A stretch of DNA of 64,000 nucleotides from an uncultured bacterium (lineage in GTDB: Bacteria; Verrucomicrobiota; Lentisphaeria; Victivallales; UBA1829). The DNA is taken from contig CASFTV010000005.1 in assembly GCA_949297765.1 (NCBI GenBank), positions 66,144-130,143 of the forward strand, written 5' to 3'. Below are positions 45,567 to 55,349 of this stretch, in pieces. Numbering within the stretch: position 1 is the stretch's first letter; every line of letters starts with the position of its first letter. Made by a program: the position numbers and the translations under genes. The notes below the pieces were generated by a model. It ran no database searches and was not told where the DNA came from. It worked only from the letters and a program-made list of their open reading frames with translations.

Positions 45567-47657
45567 ATGGCATCGGCGGCGCAGATCTGTTTTCTTTTCA
45601 GCGCGCTTCTCTTCGCGGGAGCCGGAGCGGCGGAGAAGGTCCGCTGGAAGGCGGAACAGGGGGACGAATGGATCCCTCTTGAATTCAAACGGGAGACCGT
45701 GAAGGGAAGCATTCTGGATTTTTCCTTCCTGCGGGACGCTCCGGCGGGGAAATACGGATTTGTCCGCGTCTCGCCGCAGGGGACCTTCTCGTTTGAAAAG
45801 GCGCCGGAAAAGCGCATCCGGTTTTTCGGAGTCAATCTCTGTTTCACCGCGAATTTTCTGGAAAAGGAGGAGGTGGACAAACTGGCGGAAACTCTCCTGC
45901 GCGGCGGATACAACGCCGTCCGGATTCACCATCACGACACGGAAATGCTGAAAAACGATGCGCCCGACTCCCTCACGCTGGACCCGGAAAAACTCGACCG
46001 GCTGGATTATCTGGTCTTCCGCATGAAGGAGGCGGGAATCTACATCACAACGGATTTCTACACAAACCGGATGTTCCGACCCGGCGACAGGATCGAAGAG
46101 GCGCCCGGAGGCGGAGGACTCATGAAATTTCTGCTTCCCGTCAGCGAATCCGCTTTCCGGAACTGGAAGGAATTTGTCCGCCGCTGGATGACGCACCGGA
46201 ATCCGTACACCGGCAGGACATGGGCGGAGGAGGAAGCGCTTTTCTGCGTGAATCTGGTAAACGAGGACCCGGTCATCAACCGTCTTCCCGCTCAGGGGCC
46301 GGTCGCGGAACTCTACCGGAAACGGTTTGCCGCGTGGAAGGAAAAAAATGGCTGCCCGGATGCCGAACCGGTCCGGACCGACCGGAATTTCCGCCGCTTC
46401 CTTCAGGATCTCCAGGAGAAACGCTATCTTCAGATGAGGACCTTTCTCCGGGAGGAACTCGGAATGAAGACTCTGATTACAAGTCTGAATCTCTCCGCGG
46501 ACATTCCGCTGGCGCTGACCCGATCGAGAGTGTTTGATCTGGTCGACATCCACGGCTATCACGATCATCCGTATTCCGTGGAGAGGAAATGGCATCTTCC
46601 CTACCGCTTCACCCAGAAATCCGCGATTTCAGGATTTGCGTCGGTTCCTCGCTGGATGCTCGGCGCGCGAATCTTCGGAATGCCGATGATCGTCACGGAA
46701 TTCAACTACTGCAGTCCGAACCGTTACCGGGCGGAATCCGGACCGCTGATCGGAGGATACGCGGCGCTGCAGGACTGGGACGGACTCTTCCGATTCGCCT
46801 GGGCTCACGGCAGCCGGACGATCCGGACAATCTCCGGAGGCGTCTACGGATTCGACGCGGTCAACGACCCCCTTGCACAGCTCTCCGACAAAATCGCGAT
46901 TCTGCTGTTCCGGCGCGGCGACGTCTCCCCGGCGAAACGCCGCATCGCCTGGAATGTCTCCTCCGATTTCTTCCGCGGTCACGGAATGATCTTCTTCCCG
47001 AAAACCTTCGGGCAGCTCGGACTGTTTGCGCAGGTCGGAAGTATTCTCAACGGAGCGCTTCCGGAAGCGGCGGAACTCATCACCGGCGCCTCCGCCAGCA
47101 AACCGCAGAACATGAAGGATCCCGCAACCCGCCGCTTCTGGAAAATGCTCAGCGAAACCGGAATCGCGGAAAGCGACGGCGGGGAACTCCGGCTGAATGC
47201 GCGGAACCGGCAGCTTGCGGTCTGCACGCCGCGGGCCGAATCCCTGACACTGGACGGCGGCTCGCTTTCCGGGAAACGTCTCCGCGTCCGCCGCGCGGAG
47301 GGAATTCAAACTCTGGCGCTGTTCTCCATGGACGGGAACCCTCTTGAGAAGAGCACCCGTCTTCTGCTGATCCACCTGACAGATGTTCTCGGCTCCGGAG
47401 CCCTTTTCGATTCACCGAAGCGGGAGATTCTCTACTGGGGCGGCGGACTGCCTCTGCTCGTAAGACGCCGCAAAGCCGAACTCGAACTGCAAACCTCCCA
47501 TCCGTTCCGGATCTCCGCGCTGAGTGCGGACGGCGAATTCCGAGGCGTTGTCCCGACAGTTTTCAACGGCGGCATTCTGCGCTTCACCGCCGATCCGGGC
47601 CGGTTTCCCGGCGGCGTAACGGCTTATGAACTGCGACGGGAATCCGAGCCGCGCTGA
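45567..47657 (+). CDS. Secreted glycoside hydrolase, GH5-like (clan GH-A)
   Basis: Signal peptide ICFLFSALLFAGAGAAE. NAVRIHHHD, NLVNEDP (acid/base) and MIVTEFNY (nucleophile). AAGGAG precedes the ATG. Confidence 0.75.
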   Translation: MASAAQICFLFSALLFAGAGAAEKVRWKAEQGDEWIPLEFKRETVKGSILDFSFLRDAPAGKYGFVRVSPQGTFSFEKAPEKRIRFFGVNLCFTANFLEKEEVDKLAETLLRGGYNAVRIHHHDTEMLKNDAPDSLTLDPEKLDRLDYLVFRMKEAGIYITTDFYTNRMFRPGDRIEEAPGGGGLMKFLLPVSESAFRNWKEFVRRWMTHRNPYTGRTWAEEEALFCVNLVNEDPVINRLPAQGPVAELYRKRFAAWKEKNGCPDAEPVRTDRNFRRFLQDLQEKRYLQMRTFLREELGMKTLITSLNLSADIPLALTRSRVFDLVDIHGYHDHPYSVERKWHLPYRFTQKSAISGFASVPRWMLGARIFGMPMIVTEFNYCSPNRYRAESGPLIGGYAALQDWDGLFRFAWAHGSRTIRTISGGVYGFDAVNDPLAQLSDKIAILLFRRGDVSPAKRRIAWNVSSDFFRGHGMIFFPKTFGQLGLFAQVGSILNGALPEAAELITGASASKPQNMKDPATRRFWKMLSETGIAESDGGELRLNARNRQLAVCTPRAESLTLDGGSLSGKRLRVRRAEGIQTLALFSMDGNPLEKSTRLLLIHLTDVLGSGALFDSPKREILYWGGGLPLLVRRRKAELELQTSHPFRISALSADGEFRGVVPTVFNGGILRFTADPGRFPGGVTAYELRRESEPR

Positions 47658-48907
47658 AGGATTTCCAGCGCTTCGCCGCACATGTGAAGCGAACCGGTCA
47701 GCACCGTGAGATTCTCCTTCGGCAGTTCCGCGAGCGCCTGTTCCAGCGGAGAACGTTCCGCCGGACACCCCGGCGCCGCCTCTCTCAACAGAGCGGAAAG
47801 ACGTTCCGGCGAACAGACCGCCCGTCCGGCTCCGTCGAATTCGATGAAGCGGAAATCCCGTGCGAGCGGCGCAAGGAAGCGCAGGACCTCCGCGGCGTTC
47901 TTGTCGGCGAAACACCCGGCGATGAAATGGAACTTCTCCCCCGGGTACAGTTCCCGCAGCGAGCGGGCGAGCGCTTCGGCGCCTTCGGGATTGTGCGCTC
48001 CGTCGATCAGCAGTTTTTTTTCCCGCACGAACTGCATCCGCGCCGGCCATTCCGCCCGTTCCAGAGCGTCGAGCGCGGTCTTCAGCGGGAATCCGAAGTC
48101 CCTGCTGAGACGGGCGAGCGCGGCCGCCGCCAGACGGGCGTTGTTCCGCTGATAGGCGCCCGGAAGCGAAATCCGGACAAGTTCCCCCTCCAGAAGAAGC
48201 TCCTGATACACTTTTCCGTCCGGACAGCGGACCAGGCGGAAATCTGCATCGCAGGCCGGCACCTCCGTCAAAGGGGATCCGCGTTCCGCCGCAGTTTTCC
48301 GGATCACGTCGAGAGCTTCCGGCTTCAGAGGACCGCAGAAAACGGGAACTCCCGGTTTGATGATTCCGGCCTTCTCCGCGGCGACCGCCGCAAGAGTTGA
48401 GCCGAGATACTCCGTATGTTCCAGGGAGATCCCCGTAATCACCGAAAGGACCGGCAGGACAACGTTGGTCGCGTCCAGACGGCCTCCGAGTCCGGTCTCC
48501 CAGACGACGAAATCCACCTTCTTCCGGCTGAACAGGACCAGCGCCAGAGCGGTTGTGATCTCAAAATAGGTGGGTCCGCGACCCTCGCCGCGCATGGCTT
48601 CGACCACCGGGCGGACCTCGTCCGCGGCGGATTCCAGCGAGGGATCGTCCACGATCGTTCCGTTGATCCGGTACCGTTCCGCAAGGCGGATCAGATGCGG
48701 CGAGGAATAGAAACCGGTCGAGAACCCGCAGGCACGCAGCCCGTTTTCAAGGAATGTGCAGACCGATCCTTTTCCGTTGCTTCCCGCCACATGGATGAAG
48801 CGGAGATTCCGCTCCGGGCTGCCGAGACGGTCCAACATCTCGCGGACGCGGTCCAGTCCGAGGTCAATCGTGAAGAATCCGACGGAGTCCAGCCAGTCGA
48901 ACGCCAT
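47624..48907 (-). CDS. folC: Folylpolyglutamate synthase / dihydrofolate synthase
   Basis: Mur-ligase P-loop HVAGSNGKGS, FYSSPHL, DGAHNPEGA. Its 3' end overlaps the convergent GH5-like gene by 34 nt. Confidence 0.9.
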   Translation of the reverse strand: MAFDWLDSVGFFTIDLGLDRVREMLDRLGSPERNLRFIHVAGSNGKGSVCTFLENGLRACGFSTGFYSSPHLIRLAERYRINGTIVDDPSLESAADEVRPVVEAMRGEGRGPTYFEITTALALVLFSRKKVDFVVWETGLGGRLDATNVVLPVLSVITGISLEHTEYLGSTLAAVAAEKAGIIKPGVPVFCGPLKPEALDVIRKTAAERGSPLTEVPACDADFRLVRCPDGKVYQELLLEGELVRISLPGAYQRNNARLAAAALARLSRDFGFPLKTALDALERAEWPARMQFVREKKLLIDGAHNPEGAEALARSLRELYPGEKFHFIAGCFADKNAAEVLRFLAPLARDFRFIEFDGAGRAVCSPERLSALLREAAPGCPAERSPLEQALAELPKENLTVLTGSLHMCGEALEILQRGSDSRRSS

Positions 48908-48925
48908 TTTCCTCCGGCCCTTTCA

Positions 48926-50155
48926 TCAGAAGAAGAGGATGTCCGACCAGTCGGGCAGACTCAGCTTGGACTTTCCGCCGAGGATCTGGCGGGCGGTCCC
49001 TTTCCATGTATCCACGACGTAGATTCCAAAATTGCGGGAACAGACAAGATGGCGGCTGTCGGGCGCCCACGAGGGGCTTTCCCAGTCGCCCGAACCGAGC
49101 TTCAGCACGCCGTACTGCTGTTTTGAATTGGCCGCAGGGGTCTTTCCGGAAGGATCAAGAATCGCCACGGAATAGTTTCCGAGCCGGGCGGAATATGCGA
49201 TTTTTCCGTCTTTGCTCCAGGAGGGCGAAACGCTCTCGCTGCCGAGCGCGCCGGGAAGCCGTTTGGCAAATCCTCCGGTTGCGGAGATCATGTGCAGACG
49301 GGGCCGGCCGCTTCCCGCATCGGAAACATAGCAGAGGAACTTCCCGTCCGGCGACCAGACCGGAGAGGCTTCCACCGCCTTGTCTCTCGTCAGACGGCGC
49401 AGTTCGGTTCCGTTGACACTGCGGACATAAAGATCCACCTGATTGTCCTTGCTGAGAATCAGCGCCACCTTTTCGCCATCGGGCGAGATGCGTCCGCCGG
49501 CGTTCAGTCCGGTGAAACGCGCAAGGCGGCGGTTCCGTTTGGAATTGAGGGTCTGTTCGATCAGGGTGGAGTAGGTCCGCCCGACAAAGCTGTAGACGAT
49601 GGACCGGCCGCCGGGAACCCAGAGAGGATCCAGGGAAAGTCCGCCGTTCCGGGTGATCTGCGTCAGATTGGTTCCGTCGTAATCGCACATGTAGATCTCC
49701 TTCTGGAACGGGGCGGTCTGTGCAACGAACAGGATCTTTGAACAGCAGATCCCGGGAATCTTGTACAAATACTGCAGCAGCGCATCGACCGCCCGCTTGG
49801 AGACCGATTCCGGATTGTCACCGGTCACCGTGACCGAGGTGATGCGGGCACCCGCTCCGCTCAGAAGATCAAGACGAAGAGAATTTCCGCTCGCATTTCC
49901 GGAAACGATGTAGTTGGCAACCCCGGAGCGGACCATGTCGAACCATCCGCAGTTGGCGAGATCCTTCGGCAGCAGACGATTCAGTTCCGTATTTCCCTGA
50001 ACGCCCCGGAACAGCAGGGTGTCGTTGACGGAGGTCCGTCCGCCGACGGTGTGCTCGACGACGTCCGCGGACAGGGTCAGGCCAAAAACGAGGAGAAGCG
50101 AAAGAACGAAAGTCCGTATCATAGCTGTGTTTTTCCTTTTGTTTGTTGTTTTCAT
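48926..50155 (-). CDS. tolB: TolB-like periplasmic beta-propeller protein
   Basis: Signal peptide MIRTFVLSLLLVFGLTLSA. TolB N-domain and PD40-type repeats (ISPDGEK, WSPDGKF, SWSKDGK, SWAPDSR). Alternative start at ATG 50122. The track start 50428 is an extension. Confidence 0.85.
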   Translation of the reverse strand: MKTTNKRKNTAMIRTFVLSLLLVFGLTLSADVVEHTVGGRTSVNDTLLFRGVQGNTELNRLLPKDLANCGWFDMVRSGVANYIVSGNASGNSLRLDLLSGAGARITSVTVTGDNPESVSKRAVDALLQYLYKIPGICCSKILFVAQTAPFQKEIYMCDYDGTNLTQITRNGGLSLDPLWVPGGRSIVYSFVGRTYSTLIEQTLNSKRNRRLARFTGLNAGGRISPDGEKVALILSKDNQVDLYVRSVNGTELRRLTRDKAVEASPVWSPDGKFLCYVSDAGSGRPRLHMISATGGFAKRLPGALGSESVSPSWSKDGKIAYSARLGNYSVAILDPSGKTPAANSKQQYGVLKLGSGDWESPSWAPDSRHLVCSRNFGIYVVDTWKGTARQILGGKSKLSLPDWSDILFF

Positions 50156-50165
50156 CACGCTGTAA

Positions 50166-50193
50166 AGTATAGCGCAAAGCGCGGGAATTTCAA
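50166..50193 (-). promoter_or_regulatory. Candidate promoter of tolB-folC
   Basis: Minus strand reads TTGAAA (50188-50193), a 16-nt spacer, then TATACT (50166-50171). Its position favours ATG 50122 as the true tolB start. Confidence 0.4.
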
Positions 50194-50422
50194 GCCGCAA
50201 TCCGGATAAAAACGCCCAGGATGCAGAGGAAAAACCGCAAGAGCCGGCTCCTCTGTTCCGGGAGGGCTTCGGAGATTCCCCTGTTTTCCGCGTCCGGAGA
50301 TTTTCCTGTTCCGGATTTCCCGGCTCCGCGGGGAGGCGCACGGTCCAGAAACAATGCCGGACGGGAAGTCGTGACCGGACACGGTGCAGACGGCAAATCT
50401 CGTCAAACAGCCGGGAAAAGAT

Positions 50423-50450
50423 TTGCATTCCCGCCCTCCAATATTATATT
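50423..50450 (+). promoter_or_regulatory. Candidate promoter of wbaP-GT4
   Basis: TTGCAT (50423-50428), a 16-nt spacer, then TATATT (50445-50450). This makes the track start at 50451 implausible. Confidence 0.4.
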
Positions 50451-50543
50451 ATGGAGTTTTGGATGGCGGACTGTTTTCAGCCGCCGGGAAGCGTGGAAGC
50501 CGGTGTTCCGTTCCGGCAATGTTTTGGTGAGGGAGGTCCAGCG

Positions 50544-51956
50544 ATGAATCAGGGACGGTTGAGAGTATTTCTTCTGATGCTCTGTGATTCCGTTTGTTTT
50601 CTCTCGGTGCTTCTCGGAATGGCGCTGTTTTTCCGCGATGTCATCCGGATTGATCTTGAGAACTTCTCTCTGTATACGCATCTCTGGCCGAGCATTTTTG
50701 TTCTGATCTCCTTCAACACGCTGCTTCGTCTTTATCACGGGAACATTCTTTATCCCGGAGCGGCGATTGATCCGGTGGAGGAACTGCGGAACTCATTTTA
50801 CGGAGTTTCGCTGACGTTTGCGGTGATTTTCTTCTATCTGTTTCTCCGCCGTCAGGCGGTGGAATATTCGCGCTGGGTTCTGATGTCGAGCTGGATTCTG
50901 ACCGTATTCTTTCTTCCGCTCTGCCGGATCGTTCTGCGCAAGGTGATGAAGCTGCTGGACATCGGGCAGATCCCGGTTGTGATCGCGGGGGCGAGTCCGA
51001 CCGCGCTGCGCCTTGCGCGCGAACTGAAAAAGGATTCCCATTTCGGATTCAAAGTCCTCGGTTTTCTGGACGACCGTCCGAAAACGCTCCCGGCGGATTT
51101 GAATCTTTCCGTTCTCGGTCCGCTGAAGAAGGGTAACGAGATTTCCGGGAAGCTCAATGTCAAATATGTGATCTGCTCCCTTCCGCTGGACATCATCCGG
51201 GAGGTCATCAACGATCTCGGGCGTTCGTTCCGCCACATCACCATCATTCCCGATTATCACGTTCTGCCGATTTCGTGGGCGTATCCGGTCAATCTTCTGA
51301 ACAGTTATGCGAGCGTGGAGATCTGCAACCAGCTGCTGCTGAAACTTCCCCGGTTCTGGAAAATTTTCTCGGAAGCGGTGATCTCGTTTTTTGTGATTGT
51401 GTTTTCCAGTCCGGTGCTGCTGGTTCTCGGAATTCTTGTGAAACTGACCAGCCGCGGACCGGTCTTCTATTATGCGAAGCGCATGGGAGTCGGCGGAAAA
51501 CAGTTCCGGGTGGTGAAATTCCGCACGATGTATGTCAATGCGGACAAGCGGCTTCATGATCTTCTGGAATCCAATCCGGCATTGAAAAAGGAGTGGGAAG
51601 AGAAATTCAAACTGGAAAATGATCCGCGCGTGACACCGTTCGGGAGATTTCTGCGCAAGAGCAGTCTTGACGAGCTGCCGCAGCTGATCAATGTTCTCCG
51701 CGGAGAGATGTCACTGATCGGTCCCCGTCCGATCGTCCCGAAGGAGATGCACTATTACGCGGAAAACCTGGATCTTCTGCGCCGGGTCAAACCGGGCGTG
51801 ACCGGACTCTGGCAGGTCTCCGGACGCAGCAATCTTGACTATGAAACGAGAGTCCGTCTGGATGTCAACTACATCGTCAACTGGTCCATCTGGCTGGATT
51901 ACTATATTCTCCTGCGGACCGTGATTGAAGTTCTCACCGGACGCGGCGCCAAATAA
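50544..51956 (+). CDS. Polyprenyl-phosphate hexose-1-phosphate transferase (WbaP/bacterial sugar transferase family)
   Basis: Start ATG 50544 after GAGGGAGG. N-terminal TM bundle, central Rossmann-like region, C-terminal LIGPRP and KPGVTGLWQVSGRS. Confidence 0.85.
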   Translation: MNQGRLRVFLLMLCDSVCFLSVLLGMALFFRDVIRIDLENFSLYTHLWPSIFVLISFNTLLRLYHGNILYPGAAIDPVEELRNSFYGVSLTFAVIFFYLFLRRQAVEYSRWVLMSSWILTVFFLPLCRIVLRKVMKLLDIGQIPVVIAGASPTALRLARELKKDSHFGFKVLGFLDDRPKTLPADLNLSVLGPLKKGNEISGKLNVKYVICSLPLDIIREVINDLGRSFRHITIIPDYHVLPISWAYPVNLLNSYASVEICNQLLLKLPRFWKIFSEAVISFFVIVFSSPVLLVLGILVKLTSRGPVFYYAKRMGVGGKQFRVVKFRTMYVNADKRLHDLLESNPALKKEWEEKFKLENDPRVTPFGRFLRKSSLDELPQLINVLRGEMSLIGPRPIVPKEMHYYAENLDLLRRVKPGVTGLWQVSGRSNLDYETRVRLDVNYIVNWSIWLDYYILLRTVIEVLTGRGAK

Positions 51957-51971
51957 GGATGCCCGAACAGG

Positions 51972-53063
51972 ATGAAAACCGCTCTTCTGCACTACTGGCT
52001 GACCAATCTCCGGGGAGGAGAGAAAGTCCTGGCGGAATTCTGCCGCATGTTCCCCGATGCGGATATCTTCACCCATGCCTACAACCGGGAACGGACCGGG
52101 GAGCCGTTTGCCTCGCACCGGGTGTTCGAAACAGCGATTGCCCATCTTCCGGGCGCCCGGAAGAGCTGTCAGAAATATCTCCCGCTGATGCCGGGCGCGC
52201 TGAGGAAACTCGACCTCTCGGGATATGATCTGCTCCTGTCCAGCGAATCCGGACCGGTGAAAGGGATCCGGAAACCCGCCGGGGCGGTCCACATCTGCTA
52301 CTGCCACACCCCCATGCGCTACCTCTGGGACATGTACGAGGACTACTACCGGACCGCCGGACCCGCCGGAAAGCTGGCCATGCGGTTGTTCCGGGAACCG
52401 CTCCGGCGCTATGACCGGGCATCGGCGGACGCGGTCGATCATTTCATCGCAAACAGCCATTTCGTGGCGGAACGGATTCAAAGGATCTATGGCAGGGAAT
52501 CCACGGTCATCCATCCTCCCGCGGACGTTGCCTTTTTCCGGGAAGGGAACTATGAAAAAAAAGGATATTTTCTGTTTGTCGGACAGCTGATCGACTACAA
52601 GAGACCGGATCTTGCCGTGGAAGCCTGCCGGAAGGGGAACCGGCGTCTGATTGTTGCGGGAGACGGTCCTCTGAAGGAGCGTCTGGCGGCCGGCGCGGAC
52701 GGGCGGATCTCTTTTGTCGGGCGTGCAGAAGGAGAAAATCTGCGCAGGCTGTACGCGGAAGCGGAGGCTCTGCTTTTCCCCGGAGTTGAGGATTTCGGGA
52801 TCGTTCCGGTGGAAGCCCAGGCGGCGGGAACACCGGTCATTGCGCTCGGCCGGGGCGGTGCGCTCGAAACCGTGACAGAGAAAACCGGCCTCTTCTTTCC
52901 GGAGCCGACGGCGGAATCGCTCTGCGGAGCGCTGGAGGAGTTCGATACCCGGGACTTCGCTCCGGAGACCTTGAAACAGCATGCAGAGGCCTTCAGCACG
53001 GAAAAATTCCGCAGCCGCATGAAAGAGTTTCTCCTCCGGACGGTTCCGGGCGCCGTTCTCTGA
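51972..53063 (+). CDS. Glycosyltransferase family 4 (GT-B)
   Basis: 363 aa. EDFGIVPVEAQAAGTPVIA (E-x7-E region). Confidence 0.85.
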   Translation: MKTALLHYWLTNLRGGEKVLAEFCRMFPDADIFTHAYNRERTGEPFASHRVFETAIAHLPGARKSCQKYLPLMPGALRKLDLSGYDLLLSSESGPVKGIRKPAGAVHICYCHTPMRYLWDMYEDYYRTAGPAGKLAMRLFREPLRRYDRASADAVDHFIANSHFVAERIQRIYGRESTVIHPPADVAFFREGNYEKKGYFLFVGQLIDYKRPDLAVEACRKGNRRLIVAGDGPLKERLAAGADGRISFVGRAEGENLRRLYAEAEALLFPGVEDFGIVPVEAQAAGTPVIALGRGGALETVTEKTGLFFPEPTAESLCGALEEFDTRDFAPETLKQHAEAFSTEKFRSRMKEFLLRTVPGAVL

Positions 53064-53151
53064 TCCGCGGCAGGGACGGAGAGATCAGGGAAAATCCCCA
53101 TTTCCTCGCAGCATGGAACGAGGAAAATTCTCTCGGAACGGGATTTTATGC

Positions 53152-53179
53152 TTGCATTTTTTAAAAGAACATCTATACT
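53152..53179 (+). promoter_or_regulatory. Candidate promoter of the Fur/PerR-dfx-FDP-rubredoxin operon
   Basis: TTGCAT (53152-53157), a 16-nt spacer, then TATACT (53174-53179). Confidence 0.45.
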
Positions 53180-53251
53180 TGTGTAGTCAGGAAAGAAAAC
53201 CGGCGGAGAAGATGCGCCGGGACGACGGAAATCATCTGGAGATTTGGAACG

Positions 53252-53644
53252 ATGAAGTTGAGCAATACCTGTCAGCGCAGGGTCATCATGGAAGAGCTTC
53301 GGAAATTGAAATGCCACCCGACCGCGGATGAGCTGTACAGCATCGTCAAGCAGAGGCTGCCGAAGATCAGTCTGGCCACGGTCTACCGCAATCTCGGGCT
53401 TCTGGCGGATGCCGGAGAGATCAAACGCATCGAACTGGCGGGGAGACAGAGCCGTTACGACGGAGACACCTCCGTCCACTACCATCTCCGCTGCCGGAAA
53501 TGCGGCGCGGTCGAGGATCTGCACATGGACCGCTCCAAAAGTTTGAACCGGGATCTGAAAAACATGCTTTCCGGCAGGATTTCCGATGTCAAGGTTGAAT
53601 TTGACGGGTACTGCATTCCATGCTACACGGAAATGCTGAAATGA
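53252..53644 (+). CDS. Fur-family regulator (PerR-like by context)
   Basis: 130 aa. SLATVYRNL recognition helix and two CxxC pairs (CRKC, CIPC). Confidence 0.85.
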   Translation: MKLSNTCQRRVIMEELRKLKCHPTADELYSIVKQRLPKISLATVYRNLGLLADAGEIKRIELAGRQSRYDGDTSVHYHLRCRKCGAVEDLHMDRSKSLNRDLKNMLSGRISDVKVEFDGYCIPCYTEMLK

Positions 53645-53706
53645 AATTTTCTACGGATTCCCCCGCTCCGCAGAAGAGAACCCCTTAACACAACAGGAGA
53701 AAAAAG

Positions 53707-54102
53707 ATGGGAAAAAGAAGTTCTGTTTTCAAATGCGCCGCCTGCAACGCGGTGATCGAAGTTCTGAACGGAGACGGATCCGCAGATGCCGCATTCACAT
53801 GCTGCGGAGCGCCGATGACCCTGATGAAGGAAAAGACCGCGGATTCCGCCACGGAGAAACATGTTCCCCTGCCGACGGCGCTTCCCTCGGGCGACACGAA
53901 GGTGGTTGTCGGCTCCACACCGCACCCGATGACGCCGGAACACCATATTGCGTGGATTGAAATCATCGACGGCGACTGTGTGGAACGGCGGTATCTCCAT
54001 CCGGGAGAAGCGCCGGAAGCTCTGTTCCAGCAGAAGCTCCGTCCGGGAGCGGTGATCCGCGAATACTGCAATCTTCACGGGCTCTGGGCAAACAATCTCT
54101 GA
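53707..54102 (+). CDS. dfx: Desulfoferrodoxin (2Fe superoxide reductase)
   Basis: Desulforedoxin-like N-domain FKCAACNAVIEV…TCCGAPM. SOR centre ligands: EKHVP, HPMTPEHHIAWIE, CNLHG. Confidence 0.9.
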   Translation: MGKRSSVFKCAACNAVIEVLNGDGSADAAFTCCGAPMTLMKEKTADSATEKHVPLPTALPSGDTKVVVGSTPHPMTPEHHIAWIEIIDGDCVERRYLHPGEAPEALFQQKLRPGAVIREYCNLHGLWANNL

Positions 54103-54122
54103 TACAAACAAGGACGGGAATC

Positions 54123-55325
54123 ATGTCATTCAAAGCAGTAAAAATCACCGACAAAGTCTGGTGGGTCGGCGCGATCGACTGGAATCTGAAGGAGTTTCAC
54201 GGGTACCATACCCACCGCGGAACAACCTATAACGCATATCTTGTGCTTGGAGAGAAGCCGACCCTGATCGACACGGTCAAGGCGCCGTTCAAGGAGGAGA
54301 TGTATGCGCGGATTGCCTCGGTGATGGATCCTTCGGAGATCAAGATCATTGTATCGAATCATGCGGAGCCAGATCATTCGGGAGCACTTCCGGAGGCGAT
54401 TGCGGATCTCCGTCCGGAGACCGTGTACGCCTCCGTCGCGGGGGTCCGGATTCTGGATGCCCAGTTCCATATCGGAGACAAGCTCACGGCGGTGAAGACC
54501 GGCGACAGCGTCGATCTCGGAGGGCTCACCCTCTCCTTTGTGGAAACGAAGATGCTGCACTGGCCGGACAGCATGTTCTCGTACCTGAAGGAAGAGAAGA
54601 TTCTGTTCTCCCAGGACGGATTCGGAATGCATCTGGCGACCGACCGTCTGTTCATCGACGAGAATCCGTGGGATGTCGTCGAAGAGGAGATGGAGAAGTA
54701 TTATGCGAACATTCTTCTGCTCTACTCTCCGCAGGTTCTGAAACTTCTGGAGGTGTTTCCGAGTCTGAATCTTGATGTTCAGTACATTGCCACGGACCAC
54801 GGGCCGGTCTGGCGCGGCGCGGATGTGGCAAAACCGCTTGCGCTGTACCGGAAGTTTGCGGAGCAGAAACCCGCGCCCCGCGCCGTGGTGGTCTACGACA
54901 CAATGTGGGGAGCTACCGATAAAATGGGACGTGCCATTGCAGACGGAATCCGTTCCACCGGAGCCGGAGTGACGGTCTGCTGCATGCACTCCCGCTTCCG
55001 CAGCGACGTCGCAACCGCCGTGATGGGGGCGGGCGCACTGGTTGTCGGCTCCCCGACGATCAACAACATGCTCTTCCCGTCCGTCGCCGACGTGCTGTAC
55101 TATCTCAAGGGACTGCGTCCGAAGAACCTGATCGGAGCGGCATTCGGATCCTTCGGCTGGAGCGGCGAGGCGGCGGTCCAGGCCGCGGAAATCCTCAAAT
55201 CCATGAACGCGGAACTGCCGGAGGAGCCGCTCAAACTGAAATTCGCTTCGTCGGAGGAAGATTTCCGGAAATGTTTTGACTACGGAGTCAGAATCGGCAA
55301 TCTTCTTCTCGAACGGACAAAATAA
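54123..55325 (+). CDS. Flavodiiron protein (rubredoxin:oxygen/NO oxidoreductase type)
   Basis: 400 aa. MBL-like diiron domain (SNHAEPDHSGA) plus a flavodoxin-like domain (AVVVYDTMWGATDKM). Confidence 0.9.
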   Translation: MSFKAVKITDKVWWVGAIDWNLKEFHGYHTHRGTTYNAYLVLGEKPTLIDTVKAPFKEEMYARIASVMDPSEIKIIVSNHAEPDHSGALPEAIADLRPETVYASVAGVRILDAQFHIGDKLTAVKTGDSVDLGGLTLSFVETKMLHWPDSMFSYLKEEKILFSQDGFGMHLATDRLFIDENPWDVVEEEMEKYYANILLLYSPQVLKLLEVFPSLNLDVQYIATDHGPVWRGADVAKPLALYRKFAEQKPAPRAVVVYDTMWGATDKMGRAIADGIRSTGAGVTVCCMHSRFRSDVATAVMGAGALVVGSPTINNMLFPSVADVLYYLKGLRPKNLIGAAFGSFGWSGEAAVQAAEILKSMNAELPEEPLKLKFASSEEDFRKCFDYGVRIGNLLLERTK

Positions 55326-55349
55326 CAACGAAACAAGGAGGAATGAATC

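Noticed and set aside
47624-47657. 34-nt convergent overlap of the GH5-like gene and folC as a regulatory feature
   Set aside because: Short convergent 3' overlaps are common in compact genomes. No hairpin or other signal is present.
50221-50547. 108-aa ORF inside the tolB/wbaP intergenic region
   Set aside because: No RBS, an arginine/serine-rich product, and it overlaps the predicted wbaP promoter.
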